This document shows, one piece after another, positions 34,275 through 44,544 of a stretch of 64,000 nucleotides of DNA. Source of the DNA: Escherichia coli (GTDB taxonomy: Bacteria > Pseudomonadota > Gammaproteobacteria > Enterobacterales > Enterobacteriaceae). Location of the stretch: the NCBI RefSeq assembly GCF_017348835.2, contig NZ_CP071375.1; one strand, given 5' to 3'. The position numbers were made by a program, and so were the translations under genes. Below the pieces are notes generated by a model, which worked only from the letters and a program-made list of their open reading frames with translations, had not been told where the DNA came from and made no database searches. Every line of letters starts with the position of its first letter. Within the stretch, counting starts at the first letter, position 1.

Positions 34275-35384
34275 TTAGACCGCGCGGAAGGAAATCTCGC
34301 CTGGAATGACTTCACCCTGCCAGTAGAGCTGAGCTGCAACGCGGTCAGCCAGCTGGCGGTAGATAGCGGTAAATTCGCTCTCCGGACGGCTGATAACCGT
34401 TGGCGTGCCTTTATCGAGATCCTCACGTAAGGAGATGTGTAACGGCATCTGCCCCAGCAGCTGTGTATGGTATTTTTCAGCCAGTTTCTCTGCACCACCG
34501 GTACCGAAAATCGGTTCATGGTGACCACAGTTACTGCAAATATGCACACTCATGTTCTCGACAATACCGAGCACCGGAACCTCGACTTTCTCGAACATCA
34601 CAATGCCTTTTTTCGCATCGATCAACGCGATGTCCTGCGGGGTGGTGACCACAACTGCACCAGTTACTGGAATGTTTTGCGCCAGCGTCAATTGAATGTC
34701 ACCGGTGCCTGGCGGCATATCAAGCACCAGATAGTCGAGATCCGGCCACAAGGTTTCCTGCAACATCTGCATTAACGCCTTGCTCGCCATCGGTCCACGC
34801 CACACCATCGCATTGTCGTCAGTGACCAGATAACCAATTGAATTGGTTGCCAGGCCATGAGACATAATCGGTGCCATATGGGTACCGTCCGGCGAAGTTG
34901 GACGCTGATTTTCTGCGCCCAGCATGGTGGGAATTGATGGACCGTAGATATCGGCGTCCAGAATGCCGACTTTCGCCCCTTCCGCCGCCAGTGCCAGCGC
35001 CAGGTTTACCGCCGTGGAGGATTTACCCACGCCGCCTTTACCGGAACTGACCGCAATGATGTTCTTCACGCCATTAATACCCGGCTGATTCTTCACGCGT
35101 TTTAAGGTGGCGATATTGTGCGACAGTTTCCAGTCGATAGCTTTCGCCCCGGTGATACGCAGCAGTTCGGCGCTACATTGCTCTTTTAACTCTTCAAACG
35201 CGCTATGCCAGACGAATGGCATAACCAGTTCCACATGCAACGTGTCGTCCATCCAGGCGACATGGTGCAACGCTTTCAGCGTGGTGAGGTTATGCTTCAG
35301 GGTTGGGTGCTGAAAATTGGCCAGTGTCCCGGCGACCATTGCGCGCAAGGCTTCTGGTGATTTGGCCTGGGATTGTTCGTTCAT
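34275..35384 (-). CDS. apbC: Fe-S cluster carrier ATPase ApbC/Mrp (369 aa)
   Basis: P-loop GKGGVGKS; start assigned to MNEQSQAK with GGAG RBS. Confidence 0.92.
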   Translation of the reverse strand: MNEQSQAKSPEALRAMVAGTLANFQHPTLKHNLTTLKALHHVAWMDDTLHVELVMPFVWHSAFEELKEQCSAELLRITGAKAIDWKLSHNIATLKRVKNQPGINGVKNIIAVSSGKGGVGKSSTAVNLALALAAEGAKVGILDADIYGPSIPTMLGAENQRPTSPDGTHMAPIMSHGLATNSIGYLVTDDNAMVWRGPMASKALMQMLQETLWPDLDYLVLDMPPGTGDIQLTLAQNIPVTGAVVVTTPQDIALIDAKKGIVMFEKVEVPVLGIVENMSVHICSNCGHHEPIFGTGGAEKLAEKYHTQLLGQMPLHISLREDLDKGTPTVISRPESEFTAIYRQLADRVAAQLYWQGEVIPGEISFRAV

Positions 35385-35515
35385 CCCGACTCCTTTTTTG
35401 TATAGATAAACCATCAGCTGATAGTTTACCTGAAGAATATAGAGAAGTACTTACTTAACATTTTCCCATTTGGTACTATCTAACCCCTTTTCACTATTAA
35501 GAAGTAATGCCTACT

Positions 35516-37549
35516 ATGACTCAAGTCGCGAAGAAAATTCTGGTGACGTGCGCACTGCCGTACGCTAACGGCTCAATCCACCTCGGCCATATGCTGGAGC
35601 ACATCCAGGCTGATGTCTGGGTCCGTTACCAGCGAATGCGCGGCCACGAGGTCAACTTCATCTGCGCCGACGATGCCCACGGTACACCAATCATGCTGAA
35701 AGCTCAGCAGCTTGGTATCACCCCGGAGCAGATGATTGGCGAAATGAGTCAGGAGCATCAGACTGATTTCGCAGGCTTTAACATCAGCTATGACAACTAT
35801 CACTCGACGCACAGCGAAGAGAACCGCCAGTTGTCAGAACTTATCTACTCTCGCCTGAAAGAAAACGGTTTTATTAAAAACCGCACCATCTCTCAGCTGT
35901 ACGATCCGGAAAAAGGCATGTTCCTGCCGGACCGTTTTGTGAAAGGCACCTGCCCGAAATGTAAATCCCCGGATCAATACGGCGATAACTGCGAAGTCTG
36001 CGGTGCGACCTACAGCCCGACTGAACTGATCGAGCCGAAATCGGTGGTTTCTGGCGCCACCCCGGTAATGCGTGATTCTGAACACTTCTTCTTTGATCTG
36101 CCCTCTTTCAGCGAAATGCTGCAGGCATGGACCCGCAGCGGTGCGTTGCAGGAGCAGGTGGCAAATAAAATGCAGGAGTGGTTTGAATCTGGCCTGCAAC
36201 AGTGGGATATCTCCCGCGATGCCCCTTATTTCGGTTTTGAAATTCCGAACGCGCCGGGCAAATATTTCTACGTCTGGCTGGACGCACCGATTGGCTATAT
36301 GGGTTCTTTCAAGAATCTGTGCGATAAGCGCGGCGACAGCGTAAGCTTCGATGAATACTGGAAGAAAGACTCCACCGCCGAGCTGTACCACTTCATCGGT
36401 AAAGATATTGTTTACTTCCACAGCCTGTTCTGGCCTGCAATGCTGGAAGGCAGCAACTTCCGCAAGCCGACCAACCTGTTTGTTCATGGCTATGTGACGG
36501 TGAACGGCGCGAAGATGTCTAAGTCTCGCGGTACCTTTATTAAAGCCAGCACCTGGCTGAATCATTTTGACGCCGACAGCCTGCGTTACTACTACACTGC
36601 GAAACTCTCTTCGCGCATTGATGATATCGATCTCAACCTGGAAGATTTCGTTCAGCGCGTGAATGCCGATATCGTTAATAAAGTGGTTAACCTGGCCTCT
36701 CGTAATGCGGGCTTTATCAACAAGCGTTTTGACGGTGTGCTGGCAAGCGAACTGGCTGACCCGCAGTTGTACAAAACCTTCACTGATGCCGCTGAAGTGA
36801 TTGGTGAAGCGTGGGAAAGCCGCGAATTTGGTAAAGCAGTGCGCGAAATCATGGCGCTGGCTGACCTGGCTAACCGATATGTCGATGAACAGGCTCCGTG
36901 GGTGGTGGCGAAACAGGAAGGCCGCGATGCCGACCTGCAGGCAATTTGCTCAATGGGCATCAACCTGTTCCGCGTGCTGATGACTTACCTGAAACCGGTA
37001 CTGCCGAAACTGACCGAGCGTGCAGAAGCATTCCTCAATACAGAACTGACCTGGAATGGTATCCAGCAACCGCTGCTGGGCCACAAAGTGAATCCGTTCA
37101 AGGCGCTATATAACCGCATCGATATGAAGCAGGTTGAAGCACTGGTGGAAGCGTCTAAAGAAGAAGTGAAAGCAGCTGCCGCGCCAGTTACTGGCCCACT
37201 GGCAGATGATCCGATTCAGGAAACCATCACCTTTGACGACTTCGCCAAAGTTGACCTGCGCGTGGCGCTGATTGAAAACGCAGAGTTTGTTGAAGGTTCT
37301 GACAAACTGCTACGCCTGACGCTGGATCTCGGCGGCGAAAAGCGTAATGTCTTCTCCGGCATTCGTTCTGCTTACCCGGATCCGCAGGCACTGATCGGGC
37401 GTCACACCATTATGGTGGCCAACCTGGCGCCACGTAAAATGCGCTTTGGTATCTCCGAAGGCATGGTAATGGCTGCTGGTCCTGGCGGGAAAGATATTTT
37501 CCTGTTAAGCCCGGATGCTGGTGCTAAACCAGGCCATCAGGTGAAATAA
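35516..37549 (+). CDS. metG: Methionyl-tRNA synthetase MetG (677 aa)
   Basis: HLGH (as HIGH-class motif) and KMSKS motifs; Zn knuckles CPKC/CEVC; start at MTQVAKK. Confidence 0.95.
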   Translation: MTQVAKKILVTCALPYANGSIHLGHMLEHIQADVWVRYQRMRGHEVNFICADDAHGTPIMLKAQQLGITPEQMIGEMSQEHQTDFAGFNISYDNYHSTHSEENRQLSELIYSRLKENGFIKNRTISQLYDPEKGMFLPDRFVKGTCPKCKSPDQYGDNCEVCGATYSPTELIEPKSVVSGATPVMRDSEHFFFDLPSFSEMLQAWTRSGALQEQVANKMQEWFESGLQQWDISRDAPYFGFEIPNAPGKYFYVWLDAPIGYMGSFKNLCDKRGDSVSFDEYWKKDSTAELYHFIGKDIVYFHSLFWPAMLEGSNFRKPTNLFVHGYVTVNGAKMSKSRGTFIKASTWLNHFDADSLRYYYTAKLSSRIDDIDLNLEDFVQRVNADIVNKVVNLASRNAGFINKRFDGVLASELADPQLYKTFTDAAEVIGEAWESREFGKAVREIMALADLANRYVDEQAPWVVAKQEGRDADLQAICSMGINLFRVLMTYLKPVLPKLTERAEAFLNTELTWNGIQQPLLGHKVNPFKALYNRIDMKQVEALVEASKEEVKAAAAPVTGPLADDPIQETITFDDFAKVDLRVALIENAEFVEGSDKLLRLTLDLGGEKRNVFSGIRSAYPDPQALIGRHTIMVANLAPRKMRFGISEGMVMAAGPGGKDIFLLSPDAGAKPGHQVK

Positions 37550-37558
37550 TCCCCCTTC

Positions 37559-37588
37559 AAGGCGCTGCATCGACAGCGCCTTTTCTTT
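37559..37588 (+). terminator. Rho-independent terminator of metG
   Basis: Hairpin AAGGCGCTG-catcga-CAGCGCCTT followed by TTTTCTTT. Confidence 0.8.
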
Positions 37589-37689
37589 ATAAATTCCTAA
37601 AGTTGTTTTCTTGCGATTTTGTCTCTCTCTAACCCGCATAAATACTGGTAGCATCTGCATTCAACTGGATAAAATTACAGGGATGCAGA

Positions 37690-40600
37690 ATGAGACACTT
37701 TATCTATCAGGACGAAAAATCACATAAATTCTGGGCGGTTGAGCAACAGGATAATGAGCTTCATATTAGATGGGGTAAAGTCGGTACTAACGGGCAAAGT
37801 CAGATAAAAAGTTTTTCAGATGCTGCTGCAGCGGCAAAAGCGGAGCTTAAGCTGATCGCAGAGAAAACGAAAAAAGGCTATGTGGAAAATGCTTCAGCAA
37901 ACGTGCATATCTCCCCCATCACCAAAGCCACTCCTGAAGTTGAAACTTCCCCTGAGAGTAAAAACCAACGCCCGTGGCTGGCTGATGATGCAGTTATTCC
38001 GGTAACTGACGATATTAACCGATTTGCTTTTCCTCATCGCTCTCGCCCCAGAGAGATCAATTATCTGCGCAAAGACGGTGAGATATGGAAGCGTATTGCA
38101 GATAACACCAGGGCATATGATCCCGACAACAATTACCGCTCTTATCCTGAAAACTGGCAGCAGGCTTTTGCTGAGTTACAAAGGCGAATTCTGGATAATC
38201 AACAGACAGGGAGTGCGCAATCTGATGCAGCATTGCTCTGGAGTTTTTGGAACTCTTACTCTGCAGATGAACTGGTCGATGACTTAGTCATTCGCTGTGG
38301 TCTGGAAAGCGCCGTTGAAATCGCCCTTTTTGCCCTTCAACTCAAATATAAACCAGTAAAAGGCGCAGTAACCACCATCATTCCACCTAATCACGAAGCA
38401 GAATCGCTACCTAGTTGGCATCAACGTCTATGTCATCATCTTTCACTCGCTTCAGAAGATGAGTGGCAACGCTGTGTAGATAAAGTACTCACCGCCATTC
38501 CGACGCTATCCCCCGCACGGCAACCTTTTGCGGCGCTACTGCTCCCTGAACGCCCGGATATCGCCCATGCTATAGCTCTACGCTATGCAGACCAAAACGT
38601 CCCGGCGATCACCTGGTTAAGTATGATGGTAAGCGATGATGTTGCCCTGGCCATCCAGGAAATATATGGTTTCCCACCGCTATATAATGATTTCCGCAAA
38701 TATCTGGCTACGTTGCTGGCAAATAATGGAATGCGTGGTGTAAGCCGGATTCTTCTCAAGCTACCTGTCGACTATCCCGTAAAATACACGGACCTTTTCA
38801 CTCACATACACGCCAATGCTGAAGATCTTGTCAAATGGCTATGGAAAACGAATCACCCGGATGCGATTCAAATTCTGATCCTCGGTGTAAATGGCAAGAA
38901 AAAGCACCTGGAATACTTAAGCAAAGCCTGCCAAAAACATCCCGCTGCGGCTATTGCCGCTTATGCTACTTTGCTGGCAATACATGAAAATAATGAGTGG
39001 CGTAAAGCGCTTGTCAAACTGATTACTGCCACGCCAGAGTTAGTATGCGAGGTCATTCCCTGGGTTAATGCTAAGGCGGCAGGCATCTTATCTGAATGTC
39101 GTCCGCTGCCAGTAGCTGAAGAATGTGAATATGCCACTGTGGATATGTTGCCGGAGCTGCTTGTCGCTCCACCGTGGATAATAAATAAGAAAAAGAATGT
39201 CATACCCGTATTTGATTTACCGGTACTTCCCATTCCTGCCGTCACGGATATCACACCAGGAATTACAGAGTTAATCAGTCATACTGACATATCCAGATTC
39301 AGTGAAATCGCGCAATATCAGGCATCACAGCAAACCTTATTTACCGATCTGCCACTAATTGAAAAAGAAAGCTGGGAGACATCTTTCATTCCTTTTACAC
39401 CAGAACAACAAATCCTTTGGCAATTAGGTTTTAATGAATGGCTGCATTGCGAAAATGACTTACATGAAAAAAAATATATACCGCAAAGCGCTGTTGATGC
39501 CTTGTTGCGCTTTGATTTTCCAGCACTAAAAGCTGAGTTTGCGAAATATCACAACAATGCCAACAAAAGCTGGAATCTATCTGCGCTTTGTTACTTACCG
39601 GGACAACAGGCGATCTCATTTCTCAACCAAATAATCATTGAGGAGCGATATTCAGGTGAGAAAGAGATTCTGGCGGTTTTTGGTAGTACGGCCATTCCTG
39701 CGTTTATGACCTGCTTGCAACGAGATCATCAACGCCTGTGGATATTCACCCTTTTTATTGGAGCCAGTGAACTAGCCTTACCAATGGCGCAGCGGTTACA
39801 GAAAAAAATGGGTTACAAGGATGCCGTTAATTGGCTGGCAAATAACCCGCGCCATGCCGCCGCCGGGCTACTGCCTTTGGCGCTGGGCAAACCGTGCCAA
39901 AATCGGGAATATGCCCGCCAGGCACTCCTCCTGCTAGTGAAATTAAACCAGCGAGAAACGATTGAGGAAATCACCCAAGGATATAATCAACCTGATGTTT
40001 TAGCTGCGCTGGCAACATTATTTGATAGCGACCCACTGGAAGAATATCCTGCAAAAATCGCCCCACTGCCCGGCTTTTATCAGTTCCCCTTATGGCGCAG
40101 ACCTCGGCTTAAAAGTAACAACCTGCCTCTGCCAGATGACACTATGCGCCACCTCGGCACAATGTTGAGCTTTCCACGCGACATTACCTCCTACGCTGGG
40201 CTGGCGATCATCAAAGAGACCTTCACCCGCGAATCACTGGCTGACTTTGGCTGGGATCTCTACACGGCATGGACAGAAGCTGGCGCACCCGCAAAAGAGA
40301 ACTGGGCATTTACCTCGCTGGGGATTCTAGGCAATGACGACACCGCGCGTAAACTAACCCCGCTCATCCGCGCCTGGCCGGGTGAATCCCAGCATAAACG
40401 CGCGGTTTACGGGCTGGATGTGTTAGCCAGTATCGGTAGCGACATTGCGCTTATGTTGCTTAATGGCATTGCGCAAAAGATTAAATTCGTTGCATTACAG
40501 GAACATGCCAGCGACAGAATCAATATGGTCGCCGAAAATCGCGGACTGACAATGGCCGAACTGGAAGATCGCCTGGCGCCGGATTTAGGGCTTGATAGCA

Positions 40601-41490
40601 GTGGCTCGCTGATACTGGATTTCGGCCCCCGCAAATTCACCGTTGGTTTTGACGAAACCTTAAAACCTGTAGTGTGCGATGCAAACGGCAAAGTCCTGAA
40701 AGATTTACCTAAGCCAAACCAGAGCGATGATAAAACACTGGCAACTGACGCAGTTAATCTCTTCAAACAGTTGAAAAAAGATGTTCGTGCTATCGCCAGC
40801 CAGCAAATTACCCGTCTGGAACAGGCTATGTGCCAGCGCAGACGCTGGACGGCAGAGCAGTTCCGCCTGTTTCTGGTGGAGCATCCGCTGGTACGTCACT
40901 TAACCCGACGGCTGTTATGGGGAGTATATACTGAGGAAAACACGCTGATTGCCTGCTTCCGGGTCGCAGAAGATAGCACTTACAGCGATGCGCAGGAAGA
41001 GCTATTCACGTTACCAGCAGGAAACATCGGTATTCCGCATGTGCTGGAAATATCCCCTGAATCCGCCGCTGCATTCAGGCAAATTTACGCTGATTACGAA
41101 CTGCTTCCCCCTTTCCAACAGCTCGAGCGAGGTAGCTATCACCTTGCTGATAATGAACGTAATACTCACGAACTGACACGCTGGCAAGGACGGCTTTGCC
41201 AGGCCGGACGCATTGTCGGGCTGGAACGCCGAGGCTGGCAACGTCTGGAAGAAAGCGGCAGCGTTTATGCGATGCGCAAAACAACCCCTCATGGCGATCT
41301 CGAACTTGAAACGGAACCTTTTTCATTAATTTATGGTGAAACGGGGTATGGCGACCAGCTACCGGTTGAAAGCGTAAAAATCACCTCGCCAGATGATCGC
41401 TACGGTAAACAATCCTCACTCACTTTCTCCATGCTCGACGACATCACCGCCAGCGAGCTGATTAACGACATCGAATCACTGTTTGATTAA
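37690..41490 (+). CDS. molR: MolR-like large protein, paralog 1 (1266 aa): N-terminal WGR domain + long DUF4132-type body
   Basis: N-terminus MRHFIYQDEKSHKFWAVEQQDNELHIRWGKVGTNGQSQ is a WGR-domain signature; remainder recognised as the YehI/MolR family; apparently intact here. Symbol assignment is from memory and tentative. Confidence 0.7.
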   Translation: MRHFIYQDEKSHKFWAVEQQDNELHIRWGKVGTNGQSQIKSFSDAAAAAKAELKLIAEKTKKGYVENASANVHISPITKATPEVETSPESKNQRPWLADDAVIPVTDDINRFAFPHRSRPREINYLRKDGEIWKRIADNTRAYDPDNNYRSYPENWQQAFAELQRRILDNQQTGSAQSDAALLWSFWNSYSADELVDDLVIRCGLESAVEIALFALQLKYKPVKGAVTTIIPPNHEAESLPSWHQRLCHHLSLASEDEWQRCVDKVLTAIPTLSPARQPFAALLLPERPDIAHAIALRYADQNVPAITWLSMMVSDDVALAIQEIYGFPPLYNDFRKYLATLLANNGMRGVSRILLKLPVDYPVKYTDLFTHIHANAEDLVKWLWKTNHPDAIQILILGVNGKKKHLEYLSKACQKHPAAAIAAYATLLAIHENNEWRKALVKLITATPELVCEVIPWVNAKAAGILSECRPLPVAEECEYATVDMLPELLVAPPWIINKKKNVIPVFDLPVLPIPAVTDITPGITELISHTDISRFSEIAQYQASQQTLFTDLPLIEKESWETSFIPFTPEQQILWQLGFNEWLHCENDLHEKKYIPQSAVDALLRFDFPALKAEFAKYHNNANKSWNLSALCYLPGQQAISFLNQIIIEERYSGEKEILAVFGSTAIPAFMTCLQRDHQRLWIFTLFIGASELALPMAQRLQKKMGYKDAVNWLANNPRHAAAGLLPLALGKPCQNREYARQALLLLVKLNQRETIEEITQGYNQPDVLAALATLFDSDPLEEYPAKIAPLPGFYQFPLWRRPRLKSNNLPLPDDTMRHLGTMLSFPRDITSYAGLAIIKETFTRESLADFGWDLYTAWTEAGAPAKENWAFTSLGILGNDDTARKLTPLIRAWPGESQHKRAVYGLDVLASIGSDIALMLLNGIAQKIKFVALQEHASDRINMVAENRGLTMAELEDRLAPDLGLDSSGSLILDFGPRKFTVGFDETLKPVVCDANGKVLKDLPKPNQSDDKTLATDAVNLFKQLKKDVRAIASQQITRLEQAMCQRRRWTAEQFRLFLVEHPLVRHLTRRLLWGVYTEENTLIACFRVAEDSTYSDAQEELFTLPAGNIGIPHVLEISPESAAAFRQIYADYELLPPFQQLERGSYHLADNERNTHELTRWQGRLCQAGRIVGLERRGWQRLEESGSVYAMRKTTPHGDLELETEPFSLIYGETGYGDQLPVESVKITSPDDRYGKQSSLTFSMLDDITASELINDIESLFD

Positions 41491-41502
41491 AAGGATTTAA
41501 CA

Positions 41503-44500
41503 ATGAAAACCTATATTTATCAGGACGAAAAATCACATAAATTCTGGGCGGTGGAGCAGCAGAGAAACGAGCTGCATATTACCTGGGGTAAAGTCGGCAC
41601 TAACGGGCAAAGTCAGGTAAAAAGCTTTGCAGATGCTGCGGCGGCGGAAAAAGCGGAACTGAAGCTGATTGCGGAGAAGGTGAAGAAGGGGTATGTGGAG
41701 CAAGTAGACGCTAACGCTCACTCACATGATGCCTCAGCAAAGAAAGTCCTGGTCACAGAGGAAAAAGCCTCAATAAATCACCAGGCAGCAACTAATGGTT
41801 TACCCTGGCTGGCAGATAACGATCCCATTATTCTTCCCCCGAATATTGCCCGCCATGCCCTCAGCCACCGCCTTTGGCCGGGAGAGCCAGTAAAAAAGCC
41901 AACCAAACCCGAGAAACAAAATTTAATTTCCCGATTGGCAAATCGTACTTATCATTATTATAAAAATCTGACTTTCGATTACAGCTCATGCTCTGATGAA
42001 TGGGCTGATGCGATTAGCCAGGCAATCAGCTTAATTAAGGCCCAAAAGACTGAGATACCCGCGCGTACTATGGCGGTACTTACTTTTCTGGAAATATGTT
42101 TTTGTCAGGGCTGGAATGATGAAACCTCACCCGAGTTGCTGGATGAAATTGTAAGCACCTTCGGTATCGAATACGCAACTGAAACTGTCATCTTCTGGTG
42201 GCAAATTGATTTCGATTTTGACTATAAAGATGAACATTTGACTTTCTTTATTAATTATGGAGATAGCAGCAAGGACAGTTATAGAAGGAATAACGACAAA
42301 TTTAGTTTACGTCTGCGTAAACATTTATCACTAGCAGAAGAAGAAGTATGGCAAAATTGCATTGCAAAATTACTCGTTGCGTTACCAGATATATCACTCT
42401 ATCGCCAACCGTTAATTGCCATTTTAATGCCAGAAATACCCGAAGTGGCCCATGAGATCGTACATCGTTTACACCAGGTCGCAGATGTTCCACAACTTGA
42501 AATGTTGAAACTGGTAGCGACAGATCCATTCACGCTCGAAATACTGGAGAACTATCAATACATTGATGTATTTAACACCTATGGTGCCAGTTGGTCAGCT
42601 ACGGTATTACGGGAGCAAGGTATAGCGGCACTGGCTCGCCTGGCTCCCTATGCTGAAGAAGATAATTGCGGTGACGTACTGAAATGTATTAATCATCCGT
42701 TGGCCATTACGGCACTCATCGAAGCCGCCGATACTAATAAACGCTGTTATGAACGACTAATAAAAAGTGCCGAAAATTTTCCTTCTGCAACGATAGTGGC
42801 ATTAGCCGAAGCATTGGTAAAAAAAGATGATAAACGCAAACATATGTTGCTGGTTTCATTACTTAATGCAAATCCTTTATTGGTCGAAAAATTAGTCATC
42901 GGATTATCGTCGCAAGCGGCAAATTTATTGCAACAATGTCAGCAATTGCTGAATAGTCGCAATGAAGATTTTGCAAACTCAGAAATTCTACCAATGGTAC
43001 TAGTCTCGCCGCCCTGGGAAACTCAAAATAAAAATAACGACAACAGTCCTGTGGGTAAATACCCGGCGAAAATCCCCCCTTTGCCGTTGTTTTATCAACC
43101 TCCATTATGGACTCGCCCGAAACTCAAAAATAGCAGCAAGGTACTGCCAGATAGCGCCCTCCTCCACCTCGGTGAAATGCTCCGCTTCCCTCAGGAAGAG
43201 GCTCTGTATCCGGGATTATTGCAGGTGAAAGATGCCTGTACCGCCGACTCACTGGCTGAATTTGCCTGGGATCTGTTTACCGCCTGGCTGACTGCGGGCG
43301 CACCGTCGAAAGAGAGTTGGGCGTTCACTGCGTTAGGCGTTCTTGGTAACGATGACACCGCTCGCAAACTGACGCCATTAATCCGCGCCTGGCCTGGTGA
43401 ATCCCAGCATAAACGCGCCACCGTCGGGCTTGATATCCTCGCCGCTATCGGTAGTGATATCGCCCTGATGCAGCTTAACGGCATTGCTCAGAAACTGAAA
43501 TTCAAAGCTTTACAGGAGCGGGCGAAAGAGAAAATTGCCGACATTGCTGAAAGCCGCGAACTCACGGTGGCGGAGCTTGAAGATCGGTTAGCACCAGATC
43601 TCGGTCTGGATGATAACGGTTCGTTGCTGCTGGATTTCGGCTCACGCCAGTTCACCGTCAGCTTTGATGAAACCTTAAAACCGTTTGTGCGTGATGTTTC
43701 TGGCAGCCGTCTGAAAGACCTGCCCAAACCAAACAAAAGCGATGATGAATCACAGGCGAACGATGCTGTTAACCGCTACAAACTGCTGAAAAAAGATGCG
43801 CGTACCGTCGCCGCCCAGCAGGTAGCAAGGCTGGAATCCGCCATGTGCCTGCGTCGCCGCTGGTCACCGGAAAACTTTCAGCTCTTCCTGGTTGAGCATC
43901 CGCTGGTTCGCCACTTAACCCGCCGTCTGATTTGGGGCGTTTATAGCGCCGAAAACCAGCTGCAGGCTTGCTTTCGCGTAGCGGAAGATAACAGCTACAG
44001 CACCGCTGACGATGATCTTTTCACCCTGCCGGAAGGCGATATCTCTATTGGTATTCCTCACGTTCTGGAAATATCACCGACGGATGCTGCCGCCTTTGGT
44101 CAGCTTTTTGCCGACTACGAACTGTTACCACCGTTCCGCCAGCTTGACCGTAACAGTTACGCCCTGACAGAAGCCGAGCGCAACGCCAGCGAACTGACCC
44201 GCTGGGCAGGCAGAAAATGCCCGAGCGGTCGGGTAATGGGGCTGGCGAATAAAGGCTGGATAAAGGGCGAACCACAGGATGGAGGCTGGATCGGCTGGAT
44301 GATCAAACCTCTGGGCCGCTGGTCGTTAATCATGGAAATCGATGAAGGCTTTGCAGTGGGTATGTCACCAGCCGAACTTAGCGCTGAGCAGCTCTTAAGC
44401 AAGCTGTGGCTATGGGAAGGCAAAGCGGAAAGCTATGGCTGGGGGAGTAATTCAACACAGGAAGCGCAGCTCTCCGTACTCGATGCCATCACCGCCAGCG

Positions 44501-44535
44501 AGCTAATTAACGATATTGAAGCCCTGTTTGAATAA
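41503..44535 (+). CDS. MolR/YehI-family paralog 2 (1010 aa): WGR domain + DUF4132-type body lacking an internal segment of about 240 aa
   Basis: N-terminal WGR nearly identical to paralog 1; conserved C-terminal motif ITASELINDIEALFE; internal module absent relative to paralogs 1 and 3. Confidence 0.7.
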   Translation: MKTYIYQDEKSHKFWAVEQQRNELHITWGKVGTNGQSQVKSFADAAAAEKAELKLIAEKVKKGYVEQVDANAHSHDASAKKVLVTEEKASINHQAATNGLPWLADNDPIILPPNIARHALSHRLWPGEPVKKPTKPEKQNLISRLANRTYHYYKNLTFDYSSCSDEWADAISQAISLIKAQKTEIPARTMAVLTFLEICFCQGWNDETSPELLDEIVSTFGIEYATETVIFWWQIDFDFDYKDEHLTFFINYGDSSKDSYRRNNDKFSLRLRKHLSLAEEEVWQNCIAKLLVALPDISLYRQPLIAILMPEIPEVAHEIVHRLHQVADVPQLEMLKLVATDPFTLEILENYQYIDVFNTYGASWSATVLREQGIAALARLAPYAEEDNCGDVLKCINHPLAITALIEAADTNKRCYERLIKSAENFPSATIVALAEALVKKDDKRKHMLLVSLLNANPLLVEKLVIGLSSQAANLLQQCQQLLNSRNEDFANSEILPMVLVSPPWETQNKNNDNSPVGKYPAKIPPLPLFYQPPLWTRPKLKNSSKVLPDSALLHLGEMLRFPQEEALYPGLLQVKDACTADSLAEFAWDLFTAWLTAGAPSKESWAFTALGVLGNDDTARKLTPLIRAWPGESQHKRATVGLDILAAIGSDIALMQLNGIAQKLKFKALQERAKEKIADIAESRELTVAELEDRLAPDLGLDDNGSLLLDFGSRQFTVSFDETLKPFVRDVSGSRLKDLPKPNKSDDESQANDAVNRYKLLKKDARTVAAQQVARLESAMCLRRRWSPENFQLFLVEHPLVRHLTRRLIWGVYSAENQLQACFRVAEDNSYSTADDDLFTLPEGDISIGIPHVLEISPTDAAAFGQLFADYELLPPFRQLDRNSYALTEAERNASELTRWAGRKCPSGRVMGLANKGWIKGEPQDGGWIGWMIKPLGRWSLIMEIDEGFAVGMSPAELSAEQLLSKLWLWEGKAESYGWGSNSTQEAQLSVLDAITASELINDIEALFE

Positions 44536-44544
44536 GGAAAGAGC

